Positions 30,884-40,522 of a DNA stretch of 64,000 bases are shown here, piece after piece. The stretch is from Ostreococcus lucimarinus (Eukaryota), in assembly GCA_000092065.1 (NCBI GenBank), contig CP000597.1; one strand, 5' to 3'. The notes under the pieces are model-generated. The model worked only from the letters and a program-made list of their open reading frames with translations, did not search any database and had not been told where the DNA came from. The translations under genes were made by a program, and so were the position numbers. Each line of letters begins with the position of its first letter. Within the stretch, counting starts at the first letter, position 1.

Positions 30884-31819
30884 CTAATCCGCGGCTTCGG
30901 CGGGCTTTTCTTCGTCGTTTTTCTTCGTTCCCGGCGCCGGCGCGTTACCGTTCGCCGTCGCCTTTGCGTGCTCCCGGTCCTCTTTCGTCATCGCCACCAT
31001 GCGCAGATTATACTTGCACAACTTTTCGTAGTCTTGCACCACGGAAAGACACGCGACGCCCTTGACGATCTCCACCATGATGGTCAAGTCTGGGTCTCCC
31101 AGGTTCACCTTGTTCGGCGGCTGTTCAATCATCCCCGCGATGGCTTCGATCACCTCCGTTCTGTGCAGCGTGTTATTCGACCGACGTTCGAACGCGATCG
31201 CGAACGTCTGCTCTCTCCCACTCTTGAAATGTTTCTCGATCAGCGGTTTACACGCCTCCTTGATCTCATCCACCCCCGCGAAGCACGTCGTCTCCACCGG
31301 CACGACGCGCATGGCGTGTCGCGAAAACGTCACATTCGTATCCCTCGCTCGCTCCAAGTCCGCCTTCACCAGCGCCGCGACGTCCGCGACGTCCACGACC
31401 TCCTTCGACGCTCGCACGAACGTGCACGCGCGCATGTCGAGCGATATTTCCTTAAACAGAGGATTCTTTCCCGCCTCGCGCAGTTCCTCCAGCTCCGCCG
31501 CGAGCGCGTCGCCCGCGTCGCCCGCGTCCTCAGCTTTCGTCTCCGCCGTCGCCGCGCCCGTCGCCGCGTCGCTCGCGCCATCCGCGCCCTCGCTCTCTTC
31601 CCTCGCGCGCTTCCGCGCGCGCTCGTGCTGCTCGCCGAGGTTCCTCGCGACGTCTCGCGCCGCGCTTCGCTCCTTCCCGCCGTCGCACGTCACGATGACG
31701 CCGCGCGCGCCGTACGGAATCGTCCCGCCGCTCGCGTGCGAGCTCTTGAACCACTTCGCCTTCTTTTGGCGCCCGCGCTGGGCGCCATCGCGCGCGCGCT
31801 CGCGCTTGCCGTCGCGCAT
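30884..31819 (-). CDS. THUMP domain-containing protein 1 (THUMPD1/Tan1-like)
   Basis: The N-terminus KKAKWFKSS…GARGVIVTCDGGKERSAARDVARNL matches THUMPD1 (KRKGKAQYVLAKR…GILITCNMNERKCVEEAYSLL). A THUMP-like core follows (…FVRASKEVVDVADVAALVKADL…RVVPVETTCFA…). The start is an ATG at 31819. Confidence 0.75.
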   Translation of the reverse strand: MRDGKRERARDGAQRGRQKKAKWFKSSHASGGTIPYGARGVIVTCDGGKERSAARDVARNLGEQHERARKRAREESEGADGASDAATGAATAETKAEDAGDAGDALAAELEELREAGKNPLFKEISLDMRACTFVRASKEVVDVADVAALVKADLERARDTNVTFSRHAMRVVPVETTCFAGVDEIKEACKPLIEKHFKSGREQTFAIAFERRSNNTLHRTEVIEAIAGMIEQPPNKVNLGDPDLTIMVEIVKGVACLSVVQDYEKLCKYNLRMVAMTKEDREHAKATANGNAPAPGTKKNDEEKPAEAAD

Positions 31820-31881
31820 CGTCGCGTCGCGGTGTGGCGGCGCGCGATCGATGTCGCACTTCTCGACGCGCGCGCGCGCGC

Positions 31882-32484
31882 ATGGCGTCGCGAGGCGCCC
31901 ACGTCCCGGGCACCGACGGCAGCGACCACGCGTTTCGTCAGCGCGTCGTCGACAGGTACCAAAACTACGCCACGGCGCGCCGAAGGGCGAAAGTTTTGTT
32001 GCGCGCGCACGCGCTCGTCGCGATGGCGTTCGCGATGTGCACCGCGCTCGGCGCGTTCGCGACGCGCGGGATGCGCCTGGGGGCGACGTTTGACTCGAGA
32101 ACGACGGCGACGCTGATGGCGGGGGTGATGGCGTGCGCGCTCGCGGCGCACGGCGCGCGAGCGGTGGACGATAAGCGCGGGACGGGGGGGACGAGGACGT
32201 GCGCGCTCGCGCTCGGCGCGCTCGGCGCGGCGCACGGAGCGTTCGGGACGTACGCGCGGTGGGTCGGGATCGACGAGATCGGGTCGCCGGCGTGGATGTG
32301 GGCGGAACTGACGTCGATGGCGATCGGGAAAGCGCTCGGCGCGACGTGGGTGTCGCCGGGGATGTGCTATCCCGCGTGCGTCAACGCGGAGACGCTCGCG
32401 GAGATGTTCATGATCGGGACGCCGCTGGGGGTGTACGCGATGTGCGTCGGGATCGATAGTCATCACGGGCGGAAGAATAAGTGA
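31882..32484 (+). CDS. Hypothetical small multi-pass membrane protein
   Basis: It carries about 4 hydrophobic helices (…LVAMAFAMCTALGAFA…LMAGVMACALAAHGA…CALALGALGAAHGAFG…MFMIGTPLGVYAMCVGI…). It is divergent from THUMPD1. Confidence 0.35.
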   Translation: MASRGAHVPGTDGSDHAFRQRVVDRYQNYATARRRAKVLLRAHALVAMAFAMCTALGAFATRGMRLGATFDSRTTATLMAGVMACALAAHGARAVDDKRGTGGTRTCALALGALGAAHGAFGTYARWVGIDEIGSPAWMWAELTSMAIGKALGATWVSPGMCYPACVNAETLAEMFMIGTPLGVYAMCVGIDSHHGRKNK

Positions 32485-32526
32485 GCGCGCTTTATTATTC
32501 ACGAGGGTGACGGACGTTTCGCGAGT

Positions 32527-33723
32527 CTACGCGCGCGCGGGCGTCGACGACGCCCACGCGCGAGGCGAACGCAAGGCGTCGACGAGTCTACTCTCGGGCG
32601 AACCCGGTTCGGGCTTGACGTCGTAATCCCACCGCACGCGCGGTGGTGCGCTCACCATGATGGCTTCGATGCGTCCGCCGTCCAGGCCGAAGCGCACGCC
32701 GCGATCGTACAAGAGATTGAACTCGATGTAACGTCCGCGACGCTGGTGGTGCCATCGCTCCTGCGCCTCGCCGTACGGTTCGTCTCGTCGACGATGGACG
32801 ATGGGGAGGTAGGAATTCAACCATTCGTCCGCGATCGCGCGCGTGAACGCCTCGGCGTCGGTGACGCCGCGCACGCGCGCGCCCTGATCCGATGTCTCGC
32901 CGGTTTCCAAGTCGTCGAAGAAGACGCCGCCGACGCCGCGATGTTCCCTTCGCGCGGGAATGTAAAAGTATTCATCGCACCACTCCTTGCACGCCTCGTA
33001 CACCCCGTGTTCGCTCGGCGCGCTGTCGTACGCATCGCACACCGCCTCGTACTTGTCGTGAAACTCGCTCGCGTCGTCCTCGAACAAATAATATGGCGTC
33101 AAATCCGCGCCGCCGCCGTACCACGCCTTACCGCCGACTCGAAACCTGCGCACGTCCGCGCGAAACGTCGGCACCATGGGCGACCGCGGATGAAACACTA
33201 ACGACAGCGCGCACGCTTCGTACGCTTGTCCGCCGCTCGGATCGATCTCTTGCCGTCCTCGGCTCGACATCGCCTTCGCGCGTTCCGCCGTGAGCGTCCC
33301 GCGAATGATGGACACGTTCGCCGCCGCCTTCTCGAACACTCGTCCGCCCTCGAGCACGCGCGTGAGCCCGTACCCGTCGGCTTTCGTGCCTCGCTCCCAG
33401 TAGTCCTCGCAAAACCCGATCCCGTCGCCCTCGACCGCCGCGAGCGCTTCGCAAAGTTCGCGCTGCTTATCCAAAAGAAAATCTTCAAAAGAATCCAAAT
33501 CGACGCCGCTCGCGACGTCGCGCGCGCTCGACGCGACGCGGCGTCGCGACGACGTCGCCGTCGTGCTCGCACCGCGCTCGCGCCGTCGTCGCTCGCTCGC
33601 GCGCGCGATCGCGGTGCCGGAGACCGTCGCGCGGGACATGGCGGCGCCGACGAGTGCGGCGTCCGCGGCGTCGACCGACGCGATCGGACGCGCCGCGATC
33701 GTTCGCTCGCGCGCGCGTTTCAT
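32527..33723 (-). CDS. CPOX: Oxygen-dependent coproporphyrinogen III oxidase (HemF/CPOX), chloroplast-targeted
   Basis: GRYIEFNLLYDRGVRFGLDGGRIEAIMVSAPP, WYGGGADLTPYY and WCDEYFYIPARREHRGVGGVFFDD are classic HemF motifs. The N-terminal presequence is R-rich. The probable start is the ATG at 33723. Confidence 0.9.
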   Translation of the reverse strand: MKRARERTIAARPIASVDAADAALVGAAMSRATVSGTAIARASERRRRERGASTTATSSRRRVASSARDVASGVDLDSFEDFLLDKQRELCEALAAVEGDGIGFCEDYWERGTKADGYGLTRVLEGGRVFEKAAANVSIIRGTLTAERAKAMSSRGRQEIDPSGGQAYEACALSLVFHPRSPMVPTFRADVRRFRVGGKAWYGGGADLTPYYLFEDDASEFHDKYEAVCDAYDSAPSEHGVYEACKEWCDEYFYIPARREHRGVGGVFFDDLETGETSDQGARVRGVTDAEAFTRAIADEWLNSYLPIVHRRRDEPYGEAQERWHHQRRGRYIEFNLLYDRGVRFGLDGGRIEAIMVSAPPRVRWDYDVKPEPGSPESRLVDALRSPRAWASSTPARA

Positions 33724-33761
33724 TCTATTACTAGCTAAGCTACATCGCTCTCGCGATCCGT

Positions 33762-34478
33762 CTAACGCGACGCCCCGAAGCCGCCGCGCGCCGCGTCGTC
33801 GGCGTCGTCCGCCGTCAACTGTCCCGGCAGCCGCGCGCACCCCGGATTAAATATCGAGTACGCGCTCGCCTCGCCCGGTCGTCGCCGCCCTAAATTCCCG
33901 CACACGAGCGCGAATCCCGTGAGCAGCACGAACGGCGGTCCCGCGTCGATCGCCGCCGCGCACCGCGCGCACGCCGCCCAGCACGCGACGCGAAGCGCCG
34001 GAAATCGCGCGACGACGTTCGCCGTCCACCGCGCCGTCCCGAGCCTCTCCCGCATGAACGTCTCCGCGCGCTTTCGCGTCCCCGTCAACGGTACTACTAA
34101 ATCGTCGTCCTCGTCCTCGCGCTCGTCCTCGCGCTCGCGCGTCGTTCGTCGTCGCGCTTCCTCGCTCGCGCCGTCGTCCCGCCTTCGCGTCGTCGTCGCC
34201 GTCACCGTCGCCCCGTCCTCGATCCCGATCGCCTCGACCGTCGCGTTCGACGTCGCGCTCAGCGCGCGTCCCTCGTGCTCGAACGCGACGTCCGCCGTCG
34301 TCGCGCCCGGCGCGCACCGCGCGAGCATCGCGTCGACGAGTTCGCGCTCGCGCGCGTCCGAACGCGTCTCCACGCGCGTCGCGACGACGTCGTCGACGAG
34401 CGTCCCGCGCGACGTCGCGCGCACCGTCACGCGCACGCGTCGACGCGAATGTTCGTCTCCCGCGATCGCGCGCGCCAT
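33762..34478 (-). CDS. TMUB-like protein: ubiquitin-like domain, TM segment and SAYSvFN domain
   Basis: The UBL-like N-terminus is VRVTVRATSRGTLVDDVVATRVETRSDARERELVDAMLARCAPGATTADVAFEHEGRALSATSNATVEAIGIEDGATVTA. The C-terminus carries SAYSIFNPGCARLPGQLTADD, the SAYSvFN signature. The start is an ATG at 34478. Confidence 0.65.
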   Translation of the reverse strand: MARAIAGDEHSRRRVRVTVRATSRGTLVDDVVATRVETRSDARERELVDAMLARCAPGATTADVAFEHEGRALSATSNATVEAIGIEDGATVTATTTRRRDDGASEEARRRTTREREDEREDEDDDLVVPLTGTRKRAETFMRERLGTARWTANVVARFPALRVACWAACARCAAAIDAGPPFVLLTGFALVCGNLGRRRPGEASAYSIFNPGCARLPGQLTADDADDAARGGFGASR

Positions 34479-34674
34479 CGCGTCGTCGACGAGTGCCGCG
34501 GCGTCGTCGGCGGACGCGCGCGCGGATTCGATGTCGCCGCACTCGTCGCCGCGCGATCTCGACGATCGCGGGCGTCGTCGGACGACGCGCGCGCCGCACG
34601 CGCCGCGCGCGCCGCGCTCTTCGCGCGCGCGTCGCGTCGAACGATCGGTCGAGCGGGGACGAGACGCGCGACGC

Positions 34675-34706
34675 GAATCTGAATTCTGAATTCTGAATTC
34701 TGAATC
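34675..34706. repeat. Short microsatellite (TGAATTC)x4
   Basis: The repeat reads aatctgaattctgaattctgaattctgaatcc and ends just before the PrpD ATG at 34723. Confidence 0.6.
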
Positions 34707-34722
34707 CGCGGCGATTCGGACG

Positions 34723-36342
34723 ATGCGCGAGCGACGGCTGGGGACGAGCGATGGGACGACGACGCGCGAGGACTTTGGGGCGGATCGATTGCTGATCGAC
34801 GTGGCGAATTACGTCGTCGGGTACGAGATCAAGTCGAGGGACGCGGTGAAGACGGCGAGGCACGCGATAATGGATTTCGTCGCGTGCGCGCTGCGGGGAG
34901 GAAGCGATCCGGGGTGCGCGAAATTACTCGGACCGTGCGTGCCGGGAATCGAGTGCAAGCACGGAGCGCACGTGCCGGGGACGGAGTATTATCTCGATCC
35001 CGTGACGGCGACGTTTAACGCGACGACGTGCGCGCGGTGGTTGGATTACAACGATTCGTTTTACGGCGCGGAGTGGGCGCATCCGAGCGACACGATTGGG
35101 GCGATTTTGAGCGTCAGCGAGTACGTCAGTCGATTGAGGAACGATCGCGGGCTGAGCGTGCTGAGCATGCGAGACGTCATCGTGGCGACGATCAAGGCGT
35201 ACGAAATCGTCGGCGTGCTCGCGCTCGAGAACTCGTTCAATCAGATTGGCGTCGATCACGGACTGTTGACTCGCGTCGCCGTGGCCGCAGTGACGACGTC
35301 CATGCTCGGTGGTGGGCGATTAGAGGTGATGTACGCCACTTCGCAGGCTTTCATCGACGGCAGCGGTTTGCGATGCTTCCGACATTACCCGTGCGCGGGG
35401 ACGCGAAAGGGTTGGGCGGCGGGAGATAACGCCGCCCGAGGCGTCACTTTAGCGTTGATGACGATGAGAGGCGAAATAGGATATCTTGGTGCGCTGTCAG
35501 CGCCGGTTTGGGGATTCAACGACGTGTTTTACCGGCGTCAAGACATCGTGCTCAAGCGAGACTTTGGGGAATTCGTCATGGAAAACGTCGTCTTCAAGCC
35601 GTCGTTTCCGAGCGAGATTCACGCTCAAACCGCCATCGAGGCCGCGTTTCGATTGCATCCGCAAGTCGTCCACCGCGTGGACGAGGTTCACAGCGTCGCG
35701 GTTCACACCACACGTAGCGCTGTACGATGCATCGATAAGACCGGGCCGCTGAACGGGCCCGCGGATCGCGATCACTGCTTGCAGTACGCCGTCGCCGTCG
35801 CGCTCCTGTACGGGAATATGACATCAGATCATTACGAAGACTCCGTGGCGAGCGACCCGCGAGTGGATGAAATGAGACGCAAAATTCTCATCGCAGAAAA
35901 TCCACAATACAGCGCCGATTACGTTGATCCAGATCGCCGTTCTTGTTCGAATTCGATTCAAGTGCACTTTAAGGATCGCACGAGCACGAACAAGTTTGAG
36001 GTCGAGTACCCAGTTGGACATCGTCGCAGAAGAATGGAGGGGTTTCCAGCGTTAGAAAAGAAGTTCATATCGTCTTTACACACAAAGTTTCCACCGGAGC
36101 GTGCGGGATTCATCTTTGAACGAGTCACCGACGCGCAAATTTTCGACGCCTTGACACCGATGGACTTCATGGAATTGTTCAACGCCACGCCGCATCCCGT
36201 GCTCTTACCGCCGATGCGCGCGGCACCTGGAGTTTTTGATTACACTCCGATAGATAGTCGAGCGTCGACCCTAGTTCCTCGTCTCACGGATGGTACCGCA
36301 GAGACTCGAGCGGTGGGAGACGGCGCAGACGCGCGCGGTTAG
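34723..36342 (+). CDS. prpD: MmgE/PrpD family 2-methylcitrate dehydratase
   Basis: A 539-aa family member with IMDFVACAL near the N-terminus. It also has the conserved GHRRRRMEGFPALEKKF motif (PrpD GHPxRRxxxxxLxxKF). The start is an ATG at 34723. Confidence 0.85.
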   Translation: MRERRLGTSDGTTTREDFGADRLLIDVANYVVGYEIKSRDAVKTARHAIMDFVACALRGGSDPGCAKLLGPCVPGIECKHGAHVPGTEYYLDPVTATFNATTCARWLDYNDSFYGAEWAHPSDTIGAILSVSEYVSRLRNDRGLSVLSMRDVIVATIKAYEIVGVLALENSFNQIGVDHGLLTRVAVAAVTTSMLGGGRLEVMYATSQAFIDGSGLRCFRHYPCAGTRKGWAAGDNAARGVTLALMTMRGEIGYLGALSAPVWGFNDVFYRRQDIVLKRDFGEFVMENVVFKPSFPSEIHAQTAIEAAFRLHPQVVHRVDEVHSVAVHTTRSAVRCIDKTGPLNGPADRDHCLQYAVAVALLYGNMTSDHYEDSVASDPRVDEMRRKILIAENPQYSADYVDPDRRSCSNSIQVHFKDRTSTNKFEVEYPVGHRRRRMEGFPALEKKFISSLHTKFPPERAGFIFERVTDAQIFDALTPMDFMELFNATPHPVLLPPMRAAPGVFDYTPIDSRASTLVPRLTDGTAETRAVGDGADARG

Positions 36343-36615
36343 CAACGCTTCGGCGACACCCCTTGTTGTAATGGTAGCATGAAACACGAACGCGAGCCGT
36401 CAGCGATTGAGTTTGCGCCAAGCAATCGAAACGACGCGATTTAGTGATGCGATTCAGTGATGCGATTCAGTGATGCGATGGCTAAAAAACGATGAAGTAA
36501 TGATCACTTCCGTGACAAGTCAGATAACAACTCTGAAGCTCCTCGCTTTTTTCAGCGAGAGCGTAACTACCCTCCGCTAACGGCTAATAGTAATATCGTT
36601 CCTTAGGGTAAATAT

Positions 36616-37478
36616 TTACCCTTGGACTTGGCGCTGGTCAACGGCGCACGCAGCTTCGGACGCCGGGCGGTGAGCCAAGAACGCGGAGCATTGCACTTGC
36701 TTGATGTTGTCGAAGCCAGCGACGCGGACGTAGCATTCCGGGAAGCACTTGATGCAGGTGTTGATTTCCGCAATGACTTCATCCGGGTTTTGGCAGCCGT
36801 ACATGGGGAGCTTCCACATAACCCAGTAACGGTTGTCGTAGTAACCGGCGTTGATGGAGGTGTCCATGTTCGCCCAGCCGTGGCCGTCGGTGTACGCGTG
36901 CGCGGAGTCTTCGAACTCGATGCACGGGGTCCAGCCGTTGTTCAACAAGTATTGCACTTGCTTGGAGATTTCGGCGTCGGAGAGCGGCGGCAAGAAGGAG
37001 AAGGTCTCGAACATCCTGCGTGACGACGTAAAAACGAAGCGAAATCGGTCAGTACAGCGCTCGCGCGCGTCGTTCGGACCCTCGTCGGTGACCGAGTTAA
37101 AACCCTAAAACCCAATAACCCAGCGCGCGTTCCTGACCGCACGATCGCCGCCGAACGAGCCCTCGCGCGCACCCCCCACGCCGACCCCTCGCACCGCGAT
37201 CGCGGGCGTTAAAACGTCGAAGAAGAACTTTCTTCAACGAAATATCGCCCTCGCGGCGTCGTCGAGGCGCGCGCGCGCGCGCAGAGGTCGCGCAACGTTC
37301 GCGCGATGCGGCGCTATCCTCTCGCGAAAGATACGCGAAGGTTCGATCGATCGCGCGCGTTCACGTACTTGTTGCCGTGCGGGCGCCAGATCATCATGGA
37401 CTTGGCGTTGGCGACCTTGCCGGTGGTGACGGCGACGGTCTTCGCGACTTGCGCGGAAGCTTGGGTGATGGCGGACAT
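36616..37478 (-). CDS. RBCS: Rubisco small subunit precursor, copy 1. Two exons: complement(join(36616..37015,37369..37478)). Intron 37016..37368 (GT…AG).
   Basis: Exon 2 encodes MFETFSFLPPLSDAEISKQVQYLLNNGWTPCIEFEDSAHAYTDGHGWANMDTSINAGYYDNRYWVMWKLPMYGCQNPDEVIAEINTCIKCFPECYVRVAGFDNIKQVQCSAFLAHRPASEAACAVDQRQVQG*. Exon 1 encodes the transit peptide MSAITQASAQVAKTVAVTTGKVANAKSMMIWRPHGN plus the first two bases (AA) of a codon. The AA|G junction restores …GNK-MFETF, exactly as in Chlamydomonas RbcS (…VNNKMFETFSYLPPL). Confidence 0.9.
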
Positions 37479-37741
37479 GATTGCGTGCGTGTGGATTAGT
37501 GCGGCGCGCGCGCCGCGCGCGCGCGTCGGGGCGGCGCGAGGTGCCGAATGTCCGAATCACGATCGCCCGCCCCTTAAAACGTATTCCAATCGTCTCTACA
37601 ACTATATGATTTCGATTTTGACGGGATAATCTCGACGAGATAAATTCGAGCGCGCGTTTTCGCGCGAATCGTGTGGATTTGCTGACTCGGTGCCGATCAC
37701 GCGAGGGCGTCGGCACTTTCCAGCACGCTTATCTCGAAATC
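37479..37741. promoter_or_regulatory. Shared bidirectional promoter between divergent RBCS copies 1 and 2
   Basis: 263 bp separate the two ATGs (37478 on minus, 37742 on plus). The GC-rich left half contains CCGAATGTCCGAAT at 37544..37557. The AT-rich right half (37568..37650) has TATA-like CTATATGA and GATAA elements. Confidence 0.6.
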
Positions 37742-38633
37742 ATGTCCGCCATCACCCAAGCCTCCGCGCAAGTCGCGAAGACCGTCGCCGTCACCACCGG
37801 CAAGGTCGCCAACGCCAAGTCCATGATGATCTGGCGCCCGCACGGCAACAAGTACGTGAACGCGCGCGCGCGACGGGACGCGAACGTAATCCGAAAAAGC
37901 GACGCGCGCGGATTGCTCGGCCGGTCGTGAAGAAGGGGTCTTCGAGGGGCGCGCGAGGGCGTCGTGACGCGCGCGATGAATGAAAAAGATGCCTGAAGTT
38001 TTTATGCATCGGATCGTCAGCGCGCGGTGGGCGTCGCGCGTCGACGCGAGCGTCGGCACGGGGTTCGAGTGAGCCCCCCCAGGGGGGAGGCCTCCGAGAT
38101 CCATCGTAACCGCCTTCGGAGATTTCTTCTTTAATTTTCCTCGCGACGCGTGGTTGCGCGTTGAAATCGACGGAAAACGATGCACAGAATAATTACTGAC
38201 CCGATTTCGCTTCGTTTTTACGTCGTCACGCAGGATGTTCGAGACCTTCTCCTTCTTGCCGCCGCTCTCCGACGCTGAAATCTCCAAGCAAGTGCAATAC
38301 TTGTTGAACAACGGCTGGACCCCGTGCATCGAGTTCGAAGACTCCGCGCACGCGTACACCGACGGCCACGGCTGGGCGAACATGGACACCTCCATCAACG
38401 CCGGTTACTACGACAACCGTTACTGGGTTATGTGGAAGCTCCCCATGTACGGCTGCCAAAACCCGGATGAAGTCATTGCGGAAATCAACACCTGCATCAA
38501 GTGCTTCCCGGATTGCTACGTCCGCGTCGCTGGCTTCGACAACATCAAGCAAGTGCAATGCTCCGCGTTCTTGGCTCACCGCCCGGCGTCCGAAGCTGCG
38601 TGCGCCGTTGACCAGCGCCAAGTCCAAGGGTAA
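37742..38633 (+). CDS. RBCS: Rubisco small subunit precursor, copy 2. Two exons: join(37742..37851,38234..38633). Intron 37852..38233 (GTACGT…CAG).
   Basis: Same exon structure as copy 1. The mature protein is identical to copy 3 and differs from copy 1 at one residue (CFPDCY versus CFPECY). The last ~45 nt of the intron (…cgatttcgcttcgtttttacgtcgtcacgcag) are conserved in all three copies. Confidence 0.9.
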
Positions 38634-39244
38634 ACGTCTCGACGTTTCCTGCGAACGCCCGCGCGCGTCTGTAGACGCGCGCTGCCGCGGACTCACGCTC
38701 GTGTAGAGATGTAGTCCTATTGAATTACATACGAAGACTTCACGTCACTTCACGCGTTAACGCTTCGCCCTCGCCCTCGCGCGTCGCGCATCTCCGGACG
38801 CTCTCTCTCCCTCTCGCGCGGACCGACCGCCGCGCAGCACACCCGGTCGTAACCGTTCCATTTGACCGTTCCAATCCCTTCTCGAACGCGCGCGAAGATT
38901 TTCCGAGATCGAGGACTCGCCGCGGTTCGCGACTCAAGAAATCTAGATCACGCCGTGAGATCTTCGCCCGCCGTCGTTTCCGCCACACGTTTCCGCGCCG
39001 CCGGGCGAAAATGAGGCTTTAGGGTTTACGCGCGTCGTATGGGCAAACAGTTCGCGAGCACTCTGCGTAGGCCCCCTGAAGGGGGCTTTTTCCTCTATTT
39101 TCTTACATACAGCTTACATAATTTATAATACAGAGAAGATCCCATATAAAGTACATCACGAATACGAATACGAACGCCCTCACAACCCCCTGACGCGCGC
39201 GCCGCCGCGGCCGAGCGACATAATCGCACGCGTATCTCGAGATC

Positions 39245-40364
39245 ATGTCTGCCATCACCCAAGCCTCCGCGCAAGTCGCGAAGACCGTCGCCGTCACCAC
39301 CGGCAAGGTCGCCAACGCCAAGTCCATGATGATCTGGCGCCCGCACGGCAACAAGTACGTATAGTTTACGACGTGTTTCGACGCGATCGCGCGCCGCGTC
39401 CGATCGCGCCGCATCCGACGCCCCGAGGGACGATCGTCGTCGTGTTCGCGCGCGTCCGCGCGCGCGTCGCCGACGCGATCGCGGTCGATCTCTTCGATGA
39501 TTTTCATCGCATCGATCGCGACGCGCGAAAGCGGCGCGCGCGCAACGTGGACGCGTGCGAACCGTCGATCACGGCGCGGTCGCGGGGTGATCGGATAAGC
39601 GCGAAAACCCAAACGCGAAAACCCAAACGGGAACCCGAGCGGGAATTTTCGGGTGTTTGCGTCGAACGGCGCGGCGTTCGACGATTTAGCGTGCGCGATG
39701 ATTTGTGCATCGTCGAGTCGGGCGTCGAGACGTCGAGACGTCGTCGCCGCGCGCGCGGCGGGGTCGGTCGGCGCGCGGATCATCCGTAGATTATCATCGA
39801 CCGGACGATCGGCCGTCGACCGACCTTTGAATGCTCGGCGCGGGAGGGTGTTTCGTACTCGGGTCGGACGCGGTCCACGAGCGACGTCACGGTTGGGCGA
39901 GCGTAGAAGACTCGCGCGAGCGCTGTACTGACCGATTTCGCTTCGTTTTTACGTCGTCACGCAGGATGTTCGAGACCTTCTCCTTCTTGCCGCCGCTCTC
40001 CGACGCCGAAATCTCCAAGCAAGTGCAATACTTGTTGAACAACGGCTGGACCCCGTGCATCGAGTTCGAAGACTCCGCGCACGCGTACACCGACGGCCAC
40101 GGCTGGGCGAACATGGACACCTCCATCAACGCCGGTTACTACGACAACCGTTACTGGGTTATGTGGAAGCTCCCCATGTACGGCTGCCAAAACCCGGATG
40201 AAGTCATTGCGGAAATCAACACCTGCATCAAGTGCTTCCCGGATTGCTACGTCCGCGTCGCTGGCTTCGACAACATCAAGCAAGTGCAATGCTCCGCGTT
40301 CTTGGCTCACCGCCCGGCGTCCGAAGCTGCGTGCGCCGTTGACCAGCGCCAAGTCCAAGGGTAA
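39245..40364 (+). CDS. RBCS: Rubisco small subunit precursor, copy 3. Two exons: join(39245..39354,39965..40364). Intron 39355..39964 (610 nt).
   Basis: Exon 1 is 110 nt and encodes the same transit peptide (atgtctgccatcacccaagcctcc…aacaa|gtacgt). Exon 2 is nucleotide-near-identical to copy 2. Its promoter has TATA-like elements (tttataatacag and ccatataaagtac) at 39120..39150. Confidence 0.9.
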
Positions 40365-40522
40365 ACGTCTCGACGTTTCCTGCGAACGCCCGCGCAAGTC
40401 GACTCAACTCAGTATTATGAAGATTTTTTCCATTTGATTTACGTAGGAAATTGCTTTGTCTGTCATAATGAGATGCATACTTACATATTAAAATGTCCCC
40501 GAATTTCTCGACGCGACTCGGA

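Noticed and set aside
37697-38398. 233-aa minus ORF (MMEVSMFAQPW…), also 36851..37108 plus and 39887..40129 minus
   Set aside because: These are antisense translations of RBCS exon 2 and serve only as markers of RbcS orientation.
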